A program made the position numbers and the translations under genes. A stretch of DNA of 64,000 nucleotides from NCBI RefSeq assembly GCF_009834535.1, contig NC_045706.1:41354001-41418000 (forward strand). The letters are read 5' to 3'. How positions within the stretch are numbered: position 1 is the stretch's first letter; each line of letters opens with the position of its first letter. This DNA is from Camelus ferus. Lineage: Eukaryota. Positions 24,561 through 38,089 of the stretch are shown here, piece after piece. The notes beneath the pieces are model-generated. The model did not search any database, was not told where the DNA came from, and was given only the letters and a program-made list of their open reading frames with translations.

Positions 24561-27150
24561 CAGGATTAATAACCACCACCACTTCATGGAGAAAAACAGA
24601 TTGTAATGGCTAAACTAGGTTGAGATTGCCCATGAATGCATAAATTATTGCCAGTTTATAGAACATACCATATTTCGTTGAAAGAAGTCTGAAAGGTCGT
24701 TTGGTTCTGCAGTACTGAAGTTCCTTCTGTATCCCCTACAGCAAGCAGGTATAAAGACAGTACGGGGCTCAGATGCGAGGTAGATCATTTTCAGTCAGTG
24801 CTAATTTTCAGAAAGTTTTCCCCTTTCTTTCATCCATGTGCCCTTGTTTTGCCAGTTGGAGGTATAAAAATTTTTTGAAGGTTTTTTTTTTTTTTTTTTT
24901 TAGAAAATCTGTATGTCTTCTTTTCTTCAGACTAAAGATACTTTGATTTTATTTATCATATGCCTTGATTTTCAGATCCCTTACCATTCTATTCACTTTC
25001 AGGAGCAAGATCAAGGTTGCATTTTAAATGTGGCAGCAATATCTGGGTACAGTATTTTGGCTATAGCCTAACCCTGTACTGTTACAGTGTCCATGGTGTG
25101 GATGGATGGGATCCAGAAGCAGCTAAAGATTATGTAATTCTCAGGCACTGTTAAATGGTCACAGGCATGAGGAGTTGACGTTTGTTTTACCGCTCTTCAT
25201 CCAATCAAAGAGGAGTGTTTGGCTTCAGTTGTCATTGCTAGGTGCATGTAAAATAAGGATGCTAGATTTCTGACTGGCAGGTAAAGCTTAGAGATAGCTC
25301 ACGTATTCTGTCTCTCACTGTAAACTCTTGACCTGACATTTTGCTTGAAGACCACATGGCCATTAAGGTGGCCAGAACATGGAAGTGTGGGAAGCATTCC
25401 TCTGAAAGATTTTACCCGGTTCTGTGACTGCGTAGTTAGAACTCCTGTGTGATGTTCTTTCTTCAGTATGCATCCACAAGGTTTCCTGGGGAAAGGATTC
25501 GGCTGCAGGAGAACAGTCCATTAGATGATGGGGACAGTACGGTGCCTTTCAGTGTGACTCCAGTGAATGCTGTGACAGTTAGTAAAGAACTTTAAGCTTT
25601 GCTGATTTAAAATGGGTTTTTGGAAGAGTCAGTGCATTTTAAAACTGGGTGTGGTGGTGATGTCTTTTTCTTCTAGACAATGATCTGAATAGTCTTTGGT
25701 TGATTTTTTTTTTTTTTCAAAGTCAGATAGTTAGTTGGTGGCAGCTAGGACTTGAAGAGTGCTTTCCTGACTTTGTTTGACTATTCTTAATAAAACATAA
25801 ATGATTTTCTTTAAATCAGATGTTATCATGTCCTCTAAGGTGGATGGTGCTCCTGTCATGAGAGTTCTGTCTAGAGCTGTAAGTTTTGCTGAGTAGGGCT
25901 CTGAATTAAGGTCATTGTGGTACATTAGAGGGCTAAACAAGGGGCTAGAGATAAGTTAATATAGTGAAATAAATGGTGTTGATTTTGTATTCTTTTTTAT
26001 TTTGTTGGAACACTCAGATTTCAAAATCATATTAAATTTGTTCTGAAGTCTACACCTGATATTTTACTATTTTACTCTATCTAGGAGACTTACAATAATG
26101 GCTTATTGTCATCTCCTGAATCAATCCTTTCTTGAATTTAGGAACTCTGTTTTTTAAAAGCAGCCTTCTGCTTGATGTGTTTAACATTTTGCACTTTATT
26201 TAGACAAAACAGATTGCTGTGGAATTTGTCCTTTCGCTAATTAAACTCTTACCTTGCTTTTTGTCTCTGAATAGTACTTTTAAATGTACATACCTTGTCA
26301 TTGGTGTGATTGTATGCCTGCCTTCCCACATACCCTCCCATGAAAAGAGGAGAGGGGCAAGCCGTGTTTTACATCACCTAACTCTATTGCCCAGCTCTTC
26401 CAGCCACAGCTGACAGATGTAGATGTGGGCACCAGACCCAGTGATGACTCTTCCACAGACACTTGCCGTGGCCTGTGTGACTGGCTCTGAAAACTCACTG
26501 AGTGAGACTTGTTTCTAGCAAAATGGGAAACTGAGACCTGCAGTAATGATGGGAATGGGATGGGAAAGGTCCTTATGTAGGGTGGGGGTGGGGAGAGAAG
26601 CCGGGGTGGCAGTGTTGACCACGTGGAAACGCTGGAGTCATAGGGAGAAGAAGCTGTGAGGAAGCAGCGGAGGCTCACCCACAGAAGGGTGCGTGGAGCA
26701 AAGAGAAAGAGAGAGAAGTGGACAGGCTGGAAGTGAGTGATGCCTCTGTGGAGGGCTGGCCATTTGTGATGCTTCTCAAGTTTAGATCTGTCGGTGTATT
26801 TGCAGTCTTCTTCCTTCTCTTGACTTGGCTGAGAACCTTTGTGAGGCCTTGAAACTAAGATTCAGACTAAAAATGCACAAAAGACATTCAGTTACTTGAA
26901 TAATTGCATAATCATCCTCTTCAGAAGGCTATCCATGCACCTGTTCACAAACATGTGGGATGTGGGATGTTGAGTAGCTTAACCCCTCAATGAGTATCTC
27001 AAATTAACTTACATCTTTAAAGGAGCAGCATTCTAGGTAATACATAAGACATTCTCCCAAAGCAGGTCATTAAAATATGTCTGTAGCAGCAATACCTCAG
27101 TGTGCTGGAAAACATGAAAATGTACTATACTGGTACCTGATGAACACTCT

Positions 27151-27226
27151 GAATATAATTCATATATATGTGTATATATGTGTGTATGTGTGTGTGTGTG
27201 TGTATACATATATATGAATTGTATTC
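27151..27226 (+). repeat. (TG)/(TA) microsatellite flanked by 25 bp inverted arms
   Basis: Arms 27151-27175 and 27202-27226 pair fully as RNA (22 Watson-Crick + 3 G.U). Confidence 0.85.
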
Positions 27227-28369
27227 TCATTCAAGGTGTGTTTCTTTTTGTAAGTCAGTTGCCAGCATTATTCAAGGAATAGTAAGATCATAATTGCTGT
27301 TAATATCTTAGGTGGAAAAAGCTTGTCCTTATTTTCCAAAAAGATTTTGTTGTGGGCTTTAATTGTACGTTTTAGGATTTCTCCTTCTCTTTGACTGCTG
27401 ACACTAATAATTGTTTTACTCAATATTGTACTTTTTGTGGGAAGTTTGCAGTCAGCCAACATACAGATGGGTTAGTACAGCCTAAAACATTTTCTATTTT
27501 TCTTAATAGTGGTTAGGGAGAACACTTTGTTACTCTCTGCCTCTTTAAGTAACTTGATCCTTAAATATCCTAAATGTTACTCTTTGATTTTGTATGTTTA
27601 GCAGTTGTGGTTTGTCTCAAACTAGTTCTTTTGCAGTTTTTAAAAATTTCTTTGGAGGCAGTTTCCTTCTTGAAAGGAGCTGCCTTTTGTCACTTTAAAT
27701 GGTGAAAAAATAGATTTCATGACCTTTTTATTTTCCTTTGGTGGAGTCAGAATGGTCTAGGAGAAGTGTATCTGTTTGTCGTTCTATCCTCACCGTTGAC
27801 CGCTGCTAGTCCTCTTGTCACCCTAGGTTATCATCCACTTGCTCAAATTTGCTGCTGCTTAGTGGCTAAATTGATGATGGTTGGGAGTGAAGGCATTTAG
27901 CCAGAGGTGAAACCAACTACAGGCAAATATATAGAGGCTTCTGTGTTTCCTTCTTGATTTTCTTTCTTGAGTTCACCATCAATAAACTTTTTTGAGAGAG
28001 AGAAAAAAAAACCAACTTCAACTCCCATGTGCCTGTTTATTTTGGAGTTACCAGGAAACCCTAATCCTATGTGAATAAGAAAACTTTAAACTCCTTTAGC
28101 TTGGAGTTGTTTTCTTAAGTAGACTGTCTTCCTGTTGTATTTTTGTAGGGATTTTCTAAGATGATGGTCCAAATCCACGTGTAAGTCAGTAGGTGGTGCA
28201 GTATCGAAGCTCTGTGGCTCTTCCCTAAGTTGGTAGGTTTGGAGAGCCTACATTTTTCTTGGTTTCAGCCAGTATTTTGAGAATTTTTAACAAAACTGAC
28301 TGAAATACTATTTTTCACTGTTCAATTGGAACATAGATACTGAGTTTCTTCTCGTGTATGAGTACGACT

Positions 28370-28860
28370 TCACTTCAGTATCCCACTCCTCCGTTAACAT
28401 GTATGGTGTGCCTATGTCATACTCTGTGAATCTAAAACCTTCTATTGTCTTCTATTTTCATAGAAACGCTAAAGAAGAAATAATCTCTACCTTCAAAGAG
28501 CTTTCAGCCTGAGGGGGAAAGATGTTTACAAGAAGGGGTTAGAATGAGTGATTAAAGACAGGCTTTACAAAGATGCTAAAGAGGCCATTCGTGAGATGTT
28601 TACTGCCCTGCCTGTGAATGTGGCACCGCCCAGGTGCACGATCGTGGTGGGGGGAAGCGTGGCCATCTGGCCCCTGTCCTCAGGAGGGTCACACTGTACA
28701 GAAGAGATGACAGTGTGGCAAGAGCAGGTGATGGGGAAACAGGAGGAGTGACTTGTTCTACTCTGAGGAATCCTGGAAGGCTTCCCTGGGCAGAAAGTGA
28801 GCAGGGATTTGAGGAAAAGGTAAAAAGAGTATGATTAGTATGTTGGGTGAGATTAGGTAA
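28370..28860 (-). mobile_element. L2 3' fragments
   Basis: Two antisense L2-tail patterns (cattcgtgagatgtttactg...ggcccctgtcctcaggagggtcacactg; ctctaccttcaaagagctttcagcctga). Confidence 0.55.
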
Positions 28861-29943
28861 GGCTTTGTGGGAGAGTTTCTGAGCAGAGAGCAGGGTTTAG
28901 ATTAGGTTAAAATGCCTTCTTAGATCTGTGATTCCATGACCTAAATGTTTTAATGGAGGCAAACAGACAGGCATTCCTCGCAGAAAGAAGGAACTGAGTG
29001 CCGTTGCAAAGACAAGAGTCAGTGGAGAGTGTTTTTCTGTGCTATGACCGAGAAAGCAAATGTGTTAAAAGTGATACATATCATTGTATCATTTTATCTG
29101 AGCTAATTATTCAGATTCAAGGGAAAGGGTGAGAGGATGAGTAGGAGGTTTTGAAATCCAGATTCAGTTTAGGAGATCCTGTTGTTCGTATTCTTTTGTC
29201 TACTGAGAGATGATGAGAATTAAAGACAATAGCTGGGATAACCAAACACTTTGCAGTACAGTTCGTTTTGCCACTTTTGACTTCTTTGTAAGCGCTGGGT
29301 ATGGGATGTATTACTACTTTTTTCTTCCCTCTGCTTTCCTGGAGGGTAAATACATTCCAGGAAGATTAACTTTTTAACTGTGCTTTTGAAACACAAGTTT
29401 TCAACTGTTGTCATACTTTCATTCCGTTTTGGACAACAAAATTTCCAAGTTTGGAATGGTGGCTCTAAAAGAAAAAGCATCATTTGACTAAGTCCTGAAC
29501 CTTCTATGATAGCAGTTTTTAAAAAAATATATTTTCCAAGAAGACTGTTGAAAGTTTTGGTTTTGCAATTTACTTCTGGCCGTGTTTTATGGGAATCAAA
29601 GTAAAACTTCTGAGACCAATGATTCAAATTTGGCAAATAATAGAAAATTTGGTTCTATTTGTACTAAATTAAAGCCTCTCTTAAAGAAATTGTTGGCTAT
29701 CAGTGACTTAACATTTTCTAGTATCAACGTTAAACCACCAGTATAATGGTGAACAGGTACAGAGAAGAGAAGGCCAAGAACATTCAAGATCCAGTATTAT
29801 ATGCAGAATAAATACAGCCAATGCTGAATTTTTTAGGTTAAAGTTTTCTAACTGAATTAACTGGAATTCATGTTCCTTCCCTTTCACATTTCCCCAACTC
29901 TATCATTAACCGTTTTAAAGTTAGTAAACTCTTAATCTACAGC

Positions 29944-30108
29944 AGTGTTCTTAACCCTCATTGGTGTAGGTTTGCCTGAGGATCTTGAAAAGTGATTGAT
30001 GCCCAAATTAGAGATTCTGATTTAATTGTTCTGGAATTGAGTATTAGTATTAAAAAAAAAAAACTGCTCAGGTGATTTTTAACATGCAGCTGAGGTTGGG
30101 GACCACTG
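29944..30108. mobile_element. MER5-family MITE
   Basis: cagtgttcttaacc...agagattctgatttaattgttctgga...caggtgattttaacatgcagctgaggttggggaccactg, with cagtg...cactg termini. Confidence 0.8.
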
Positions 30109-31214
30109 ATATGGCGTATGGGTAAATGCAAAGAGAAATTGTAAGTTCATGTTGGTCTCTAATGCTGATTAAAAGGAAGGCATTGTGTGTATTTTGTGTG
30201 TGTTTGTGTCAGTTATAGATGGATTTCACTTTCTTTTAAGTTTCATACTCTGAGGACTAAATGTTTCATGATATGATTTCGAAGAGGGTATACTGTGGAA
30301 CACCAGTTTCTGCATTGTTAGTAAATATCATACTTTTAAAAGCTCCATGATTAGGAGTTGGAAGAATATACAGTTAAAAGTTCTTTCCTGCAAAACTGCT
30401 TCCAGCTGTTAATGTGATAATTATTTGCATTTTGTGACTTTTTAGAGGCACATATAGTATACAGTATGCTTAATACTGTTTGATCAATTTTTTTTCTTTG
30501 GTGAAAATCTAGTCTAAACAATCAGCGAATCATTTGGAAATCGTTTTTCACTGACCAAGATTTGTGTTAGGGCTGGACACATCGTTATACAAAGGAGGCT
30601 TTCTTAAAAAGTGTATTATCAGTGAGCCTCATGATAATGTTGAGTGTAAATCACTTGAAAGTGCATGATTCTTTCCAAAGACACAACTGCTATTGTTTGA
30701 TAACCAAGCTCAGAATTTCTTTAACATCTCTCCATCACTGTCTAGATGAAGCTAGTTGTCTACCTTTGGCTTTGAGTGTTCATTCCAGTCTGGTTCTTTC
30801 CTGTTTATTTACCTTTGTCTCTCATTGCTCCTCAAACCAATCTCCCTGGTATCAACCAGTGGTTTCCCCAAGCTGTAATCATTCCTGACTCTTGTGGCTG
30901 GAGATAAAATTATCTACCCACCTAGGTCTTTCTCACCTTGATCTCTGACCCTCTCCAGTTGTGTAACAAAAAGTCCCACCATCCTGTGGCATGTTCTGGG
31001 CAGTTCCAGTCCACATTGACAGTTTTCATTTCTTTATACATTGCACGTACATAATGGCATCATTTTGGATTTTATTAAAAAGTTTATTTTCTTGCATTGC
31101 CATTCTGTTGCTCTGGATTGATATACTAATAGTCCAACTCATTTCTGAACTCCTGAAAGACTCAAGTATTTTGGGCCCTAACACATTTCTTTGTGGGTAT
31201 GTTTGGGGCTAAGT

Positions 31215-31355
31215 AACTTCTTAGAATCTTGATACTGCAAAACTGGGAGGGGTCTTAGAGATTTCCTGGTTTAGCATACAGATGAAGGAAGACCTAGAGA
31301 ATTTAATTCATCTGTCCAAGTCATGTAACTTCCTAATTCTTGAAGCTGGGGAGGA
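31215..31355 (+). mobile_element. MIR/MIR3 fragment
   Basis: ctgggaggggtcttagagatttcctgg...catacagatgaagga...ctgtccaagtcatg. Confidence 0.6.
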
Positions 31356-31769
31356 AACTCAATTCACTGTTCTTTTCATTACACGGACAATTCACATCTT
31401 AAAAAAAAAATCCATATGTTCTTCCAAGAAAAAATTAAAATCTCACGTCCTTATTTCTTGTTAATGGTAAAACACAGTAAATTATTGTTACTTAAAACAG
31501 ATCAAAGCAGTAAGAGTCAGTGCTGTCATGCTCCCTACCCTCCCACACCACCTGGAAAGATACCTTGGAAGCTCTTCAGGAGCACGTGTCTCTGGTGGGG
31601 TCTGGGAAGCTGGTTTTTTTAAAACTTGAATGTTCCGAGAGGTGATTACAATGGACATTCCTTTATACTGTCGTCTCCTTATCCCTTCTTCCCTTTCCTG
31701 ATTCATGCCATGTCCTCATTCTGAATCAAGCAGTGGGTGAAACAGATAAAAGATGTCCATGTTACCAAA

Positions 31770-31870
31770 AAACACTAAACTAGGAGCCATGAGATCTGAG
31801 TCCCAGCACAGTCCCAAACTGAAATCTTGGGCAAAGCATTTGGTTGTTGAGACTCAGTCCTCTTGCAAAA
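31770..31870 (-). mobile_element. MIR fragment
   Basis: gagatctgagtcccagcac...atcttgggcaaagcatt...ctcagtcctcttgcaaaatgg. Confidence 0.6.
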
Positions 31871-32789
31871 TGGCGACAGTTCCTTTGTGAGGAGAGAATT
31901 GTTGTTAAAATCAGTTGAAAGTGAGCAGTTTCAAATCAGATGAAATCAAAAAGCTTTGAGCAAATGTGAGAGACAATTGGATTCTTCAGAGAGACATCCT
32001 CTGCCAGTGCTTGCATCTTTGAGGCCGAGGGCAGCCTGCAGGGCTTTATTGTGTGAGACTTTGTCTTTAATTGCTTGGAGGAAAAAATCACACACATGTC
32101 TATAATATTGTTGGTGATCTTCTCAGTTTAGAGTGGAGTGGGGATAGTAGCCTTCATCTGAGGATTCTACTTTCTGGATTCTTATGCTGAGAAAAGATTT
32201 CCATTTATTGGTTTTTTTAATTGACATATGTTGATAAGTATTTTTGTATTTTGCAGTAAAAATGTTTGCTTCTTTAACGGTTTTTTTTTTTCCCTTTCTT
32301 TTTATTTTTTCTTGAGGTGGTGTTGATGGTGTTAAGTTCTTGTGCAGCATGATAGTTTGTCACTTATAGAAATCCTATTACTCCTTTGTTATGAAATGGA
32401 GAATTGTCAGGGAATGAATGGTAGGCTGTGGCTGGGTGAGGTTTGCTACCAATGAAGAATTATCAGGGCAAACTCAACTTTCATTTTGGATACAAAAAAA
32501 TATTTTTGTTCTGCCTGGCAGAAGAGGATAAAAAGAAAATCCAAGCAACTTTTTGATTCAGGAGCTGCCAGTTCTCTCCATGGCTCAAGGACCGTTTGAG
32601 GTCTCGGCCACAAGTATTTGCCATCTTGGTTCAGATGTGCACCATCTTCCCTCCTCGTGCGTGCTCTGCTTTCAGCTTGTGGCTTCATGACTCTCTGCTC
32701 GGAGTGATGAACGTCTTTTGAAGACTACTCATGAACTCCTCTTTCTCCAGCCCACTGACCTGTTGACAGGGCTAGTGGGAGCCATGTGT

Positions 32790-33215
32790 CATTACTGTTT
32801 GGAAGGCTTTTGTTGAATATGGAATGCAGGGCACTGTTAGGCTTCTGCAGGGATGTGATAAGACAGTAGATTCTGTTGGTTGCTCACCATAAGGGGAGGC
32901 ATGTAATTGAGGATCAGTACAGGTTTGAATACTGTACCTGACGATTACATTGGTACAGGCATGGTCGACTAGTGCTGTGGGGGTTAGGGGGAGCCACTTA
33001 AATAGGACCGTAAGGTGAAGAAGACCGGAAAGTTTGGGCAGATATGAGATAGGAAGATAAAGGGGCAAATATGAGGAAATGGGAGTGAGGAATCTTGCTA
33101 GCAACTAGTAAAATGGAGAAGAACATGAAAGAATGAAGGATGATGTCAAAGTTTCTAAGGCGTAAAGAACAGACATAGTAGCGTCTAGCAGGAGAGCTGT
33201 TTTAGAGTCATGGTG
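32790..33215 (-). mobile_element. L2 fragment
   Basis: Purine-rich antisense L2 pattern (gaatgaaggatgatgtcaaagtttctaagg...aggagagctgttttagag). Confidence 0.5.
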
Positions 33216-34817
33216 GAGACAGTAGAGTGTAGCAGAGAGATCAGGGCAGGAAATAGTGACTTATTTGGAATCACTTGCATTATTCTAGAAATGGAGAGGT
33301 GATTCATGTAAAATTGCCCATAAGCTAGTTTTCTTATCCATCTTCTTAACATTATGGAAAATAGCAGTTGTATTTTATGGTAAATAAGTATGTTTTTTTT
33401 TTTCTCTTAAGATTTGGAATAAAAAGAAGCCGGCTAGAAGATATCCAGTAGGAGGTGTGGGCATATGTGTATTCTTTTTGAAATGTGGGTCTGGGTTTGG
33501 AATCACTCCAGCTGCAGCTAAAGGAAGAAAGCTTCGTTTCTTCGGCTCTTGCCTGCTCTTCTCTCTCCCTGTCTCAGGCTCCTCTCCCCTAACTCTCCTG
33601 CCCTCACTTTGGTCTCAGTGCTACTGAGATGTACGCCAGTGCCTCACTGCCACATGTGCATCAATACGTGGTTACCCAGAGTTCACAGACTTGAAAGTTC
33701 CTTCTTCTGAAGAGCCACGTGTGTCACATCAGCCTGCCCAGTGGTTTTGTGGCATGGTGGTAACGAGAAAGGAGGTCCAAGGCTACTGAACCCAGCTTAT
33801 TAATAGTTATTGGGAAAAGAGCATTGGATGAGGTGAAAGAAGGGGGAGGTAATCCCAGCGCTGGATGTCTTTTCTAGGTCTCTGGTTCCTTTTTCATTAT
33901 GAGAGGCTCAGAACCATCTGGTCTCTAAAGCTCTGACACTGTTTTTTTCGTACCCAGATCCATGCCCATACCATAAGCATTCCCAATAAATCAAAACAGA
34001 GTGTAGTAGCCACTCATAGAGCATATTTGTTCTTCATGTGAGATTATGTAGCACTCTTGCATTTGCCAAGGCTTTTATTTTCCTACGCTCCCCAGAAGGA
34101 TAGTGTAGTCGGAAGGTCTTCAGCTGTTCAAGTAGTCTTGATAAGCAAGCCTGCCATTGAAATGAATCCAGGTTAATCTTCTCAGGAACCATGTGGTCCT
34201 GATAAATGGGGTCAGGTACAAAAAAAGGGATTCAGGGTTTGCCCTGGGCCTCATTACTAGCTCTTGTTAACTGCATTTTGGACAGAAATGGTAATTTCTC
34301 ATTAAGCGTAAGAAAGCATTATCTTTAGTACTCCCTTTACTGGCAGAAGCAAAATATAGTGAATTAAGCAATATAAGTGTCTCAGAAAGGGTTGGATGAG
34401 AAAAAGAATTGAATCCACAGCATAGTTTCTGTTCTAGATTCACATCATATGCCCTACATTTGTTTAGGGGAGACATTCCTTGCAGACTCTTTTCTGTTTG
34501 GTACTAAAGGTGTTGGTTTTATAGGAAGAAACAAAAGTGATGGCAGAGCCATTATACCAAAATGTTTACCTGTAAACAGGTGGGGCTATTGTGAATTGTA
34601 ATAAGTAGTCTTTATTCATATTGAGAAAGCTGAATTGTGGTTTTTTCACATGTGAAATTTTAAGGTGTTTTTAAGTCATTGGATTTTAAAGAAATTAACA
34701 AACTACCCCTCTCTCCATTTCGTGAGTTTTTAATTCCAGAGACCAAGGAAATTTACATATGCAGCTTATAGACATTTACTAAATCTTAAGATGGTTGTAG
34801 GGATCACGGAATAAAGT

Positions 34818-35085
34818 TACTCAGTACATATTTGTTGATAGAATGAGTGAAATGATGAATTTACTCATTAAAATGATTTTTTTGAGTTTTTTAGTGTGTG
34901 CTAGGTACCGTGTTGGGCATTAGGAATACAATGGTGAATAATTTAGATTTAAGTTCTGCCATTATGGAGCTAACAGAAATTTTACTAAAGGATACAGACA
35001 AAATATAAGAAAATAAGCAAATAAAATAATTATGGATTATAATACATCTATGAAAGAAACATGCAAGGTGCTGAAATGGAGGAAG
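34818..35085. mobile_element. Two L2 3' ends joined tail-to-tail (+ 34818-34853, - 34859-35085)
   Basis: actcagtacatatttgttgatagaatgagtgaa followed by tttactcattaaaatgatttttttgag...gtgctaggtaccgtgttgggcattaggaatacaatggtgaa. Confidence 0.7.
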
Positions 35086-36019
35086 GCTAGGACAAACACA
35101 TCAAGTAAAAAACTCAATTTTTAAAAACAAAGTAATTTCAGGGGACAGCTAAATTTTAATCATTTGCTTTGAATAGACAGAAAGCTTTTTTAAGTATTTA
35201 CTTCAGCTTTCAAAAGCAAGTCTTTACCCTCCCACTTACTCTAACACATTTAAGAAATCTTACCCATTAAGAATGTAATTGTATTTTCTTTCAGTTGTCT
35301 TGATTGGAATTCTTTTACAGTTCTTCCCAAACAGTGATACATTCCTTAGAGCTAAGCCTCAGCAGGAATAATGAAGCATCTCATTTGATGTATTATTCCA
35401 TTACCTATGATGTCAAGACGGTTGGTAAATAATTTCTTTTTATAGAGCAATCAGAGTGGAGGGGGAAGGGGAGAAAGAAGGATTTCACCCCCAATCTCAA
35501 CAGTCTGGTCCCTAGGAAGTGATTTAGGGAGGCTCTGGCATGTGACGACTGCTATTCATTATCTGCTCTCTGTTGGACAGACTTGGGGTTTTGTTTGCCT
35601 TTTAAATCAGGGCAACACTTGGATTGTGGTTTTGCTGTCGTGCCCTTTCTTCATGTGGGAATTTTTCTAGGGCTTGTTGCAAACTCCGAGGCAGATGTTT
35701 GTCTTCCTGAGGTTAGGGGATGATTTGGCGCCATCTAGGTTGATTTCTGTGCTTTTCCTGAAAGAACATTTGCTCAGTAGTTTCAGGCAGTCACGGCAGC
35801 TGAAAGGAAGTGGGAGGGTGGTACCTTCGTGCCCCGAGCTAGTCAAGTATCTGTTAGCCTCAACTAATCATTTGTAATTTTAAGTTCTAATGATGGAGTG
35901 AAACTTATCACTCATATTTTAGGAAACCAATAGCTTTTATACTTTCTAATGAAAGATGAATTGGCCAACTGGTTAATAACATGGTTAGTCAGAGAAAAAC
36001 TCACTTTAAGGGATTCTTT

Positions 36020-36112
36020 GGTTTTTGTTATTTTGGTGAAATACACATACCACAAAATTGATCATTTTAACACGTTTAAGTGTGCAGTTCAGTGGCATTA
36101 AGTCCATTCACA
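36020..36112 (-). mobile_element. L1MA/MB 3' terminal fragment
   Basis: ggtgaaatacacataccacaaaattgatcattttaacacgtttaagtgtgcagttcagtggcattaagtccattcaca. Confidence 0.8.
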
Positions 36113-37044
36113 TTTTAGTAGTACTTAAACTCTTGCTATGAAATAGCAGCCCATCTGAACTGATATTTTAACCTTAAGATAGTCACATGTTTACAGGGAA
36201 AAGAAACTTAAATTGAATCACAGATCCAAAATATTCTGCTGGGAAGATAAAATTGGAACTGTAATTGCTTTACAGTAACTGGAATAGCCAGAGTTCTTAG
36301 AGGCCAGCTTTGTGCATTTCAGTGAACGGTGTCTAGTCACTCTGGAGCAGGCAGTTAGAATTATTAAATAGTTGATCGATGCTGAGTGCCTCAAAAGAAG
36401 CTCAAGGAGTTGTCTGCATTTGTGAGGGTAAGATGCCCTGCACTTCAGGAGTGAGTGACAATAAACTGCAGCTGCTTCTCGTGGCTCTTACTTTGCGTTG
36501 TAAAAGGTGCTGGTGGGGGAGGGCAGAGCACAATCCCGTCTAGAGCCCTGTCCATCTTCCTGGAGGTGTTTATTAAGTCTGTGTGTGCTGTGTTCCCATG
36601 TGGAGAAGACTGACGCTGGTAGGGCAGAGAAGGAAGTCAGAGAGATGAGTTCTAGGCTGGTGTTATTCCTGGAACTTTGTGGAACTTTTTCTGTAATGAG
36701 TTCCTGGTAACTTGAGACATCTGTAAAACCTTGCCGTTTTTTGTGTCTGGGCCATGAAGTCATCACTCCTGTTCCACCGGCCTGGCCCGTCGTCCTCTAT
36801 GCAGCCAGTGGACTTACAGGAAGGTGTGGTTGACTGCACAACCCATCACTGAATTTGACAGATCAGCAAACAACACATATGCTCCTGAAAACATAGACCA
36901 TTCATTTCTATTATTCTGAAACCTTAATTGCCTATGAGGTGATATTTACTTATGGGGCTTTTCAACCAGATCTGTCTTCTCTGGGACACCACTAAACGAA
37001 ATTTTGTGTTGTCTGGCTTTTTCAACTAACCATTACTTAAAGGA

Positions 37045-37200
37045 AAGCTGAGTTGACTTTCTCAGCTTAAAAACTGGGGAGTTGTAATGCCTGTGGTTGG
37101 TTAGCCTCCTGAAGGCTTTGTGACGGTGCCAACCTCGGATCAGGACATGAGCATCCGAGGGAGGGATAATATTCTCGCTTACGTGATGGCCTTGTGCATC
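37045..37200 (-). mobile_element. MIR fragment
   Basis: ctttctcagcttaaaaactggggagttgtaatgcc...cctcctgaaggctttgtga. Confidence 0.45.
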
Positions 37201-38089
37201 CAAAAACATTTGGCTGTATCTAGCAATTTGAAGCACCCTCCTTTGATTACAGAGGTCTTAGTCGTCTTCTTTCTTTGCATCTAATTTTGTCAGGCTTCCC
37301 AGATATTTCCTGAAGCAGTTTCCTCCCGAGTCATCAATCACCATCTGTCCATCAGAGAAACCTTTCCATTACCTCCAAACTCGAACTTGGCTGGCCTGGG
37401 TTGAACACAGCAATGTTAATATTTTTAGTGTGAATTCCGAATGGCAGAGTGGTCAAGCTTTAAGATCCACTGTGTTACCCCTTGTTCCAAAAAGGGATTT
37501 GAAGTGATTTAATAATCTACTAATCTAGTAATTTAATAATCTAATAATTTAGTAACAGACTGAAAGAAATGCAAGAGGAAATTGGTGTGAAGGGAAAATT
37601 AAGAATTGGAAAATAATTTGAGGTGAGGAACAGTAAAATTTGTCTACAGCACACACCTCAGAATCAGAGCTTTGCCCCATGGCCAGAGCCAAAAAGGAAG
37701 CCTGACCAGTTGTAAGAATCATAAGGTCCAGGAGATTAAAACTGAGTCAGGGACTCAGGAATATCACAGGTTTTATTGCTCCAGGAACCTCAACCTCAGA
37801 AGAGTTTGCCTGAATTTTCTGAAGGAGGCACTGCAGTATGTGTCTGGTAGAATATGTTGTCAACAGCAGCCACCTAGCCCGGTGTATGATTGTTCCTTTT
37901 CACCTCTCTGTATAGGAAAAATAGAGTTGCTGCTGCGTTTGTGCTAATATGAATGAGAGCAGTTCTACAAAAGTTAGGAATTTAGGGTTCCTGGGATGAC
38001 TTACACAGCTGTGAAGCAGCCCTCTATTCTCCCAGCTGAGTTAGGTAAGCTATTGCTTGTTTATTTTTCATTGTCACTAGTAACTCTGG

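Noticed and set aside
25467-25577. In-frame 111 nt AG...GT segment (YASTRFPGERIRLQENSPLDDGDSTVPFSVTPVNAVT)
   Set aside because: Weak donor (ACA|GTTAGT) and unrecognised peptide; such segments are expected by chance in 64 kb.
28548-28751. ORF with a superficial likeness to the actin C-terminus (VAPPRCTIVVGGSV...WQEQ)
   Set aside because: The DNA fits an antisense L2 3' end better, and no further actin sequence flanks it.
32706-32759. C box (GTGATGA) and D box (CTGA) pair suggesting a snoRNA
   Set aside because: Too short, no terminal stem and no recognisable rRNA-antisense element.
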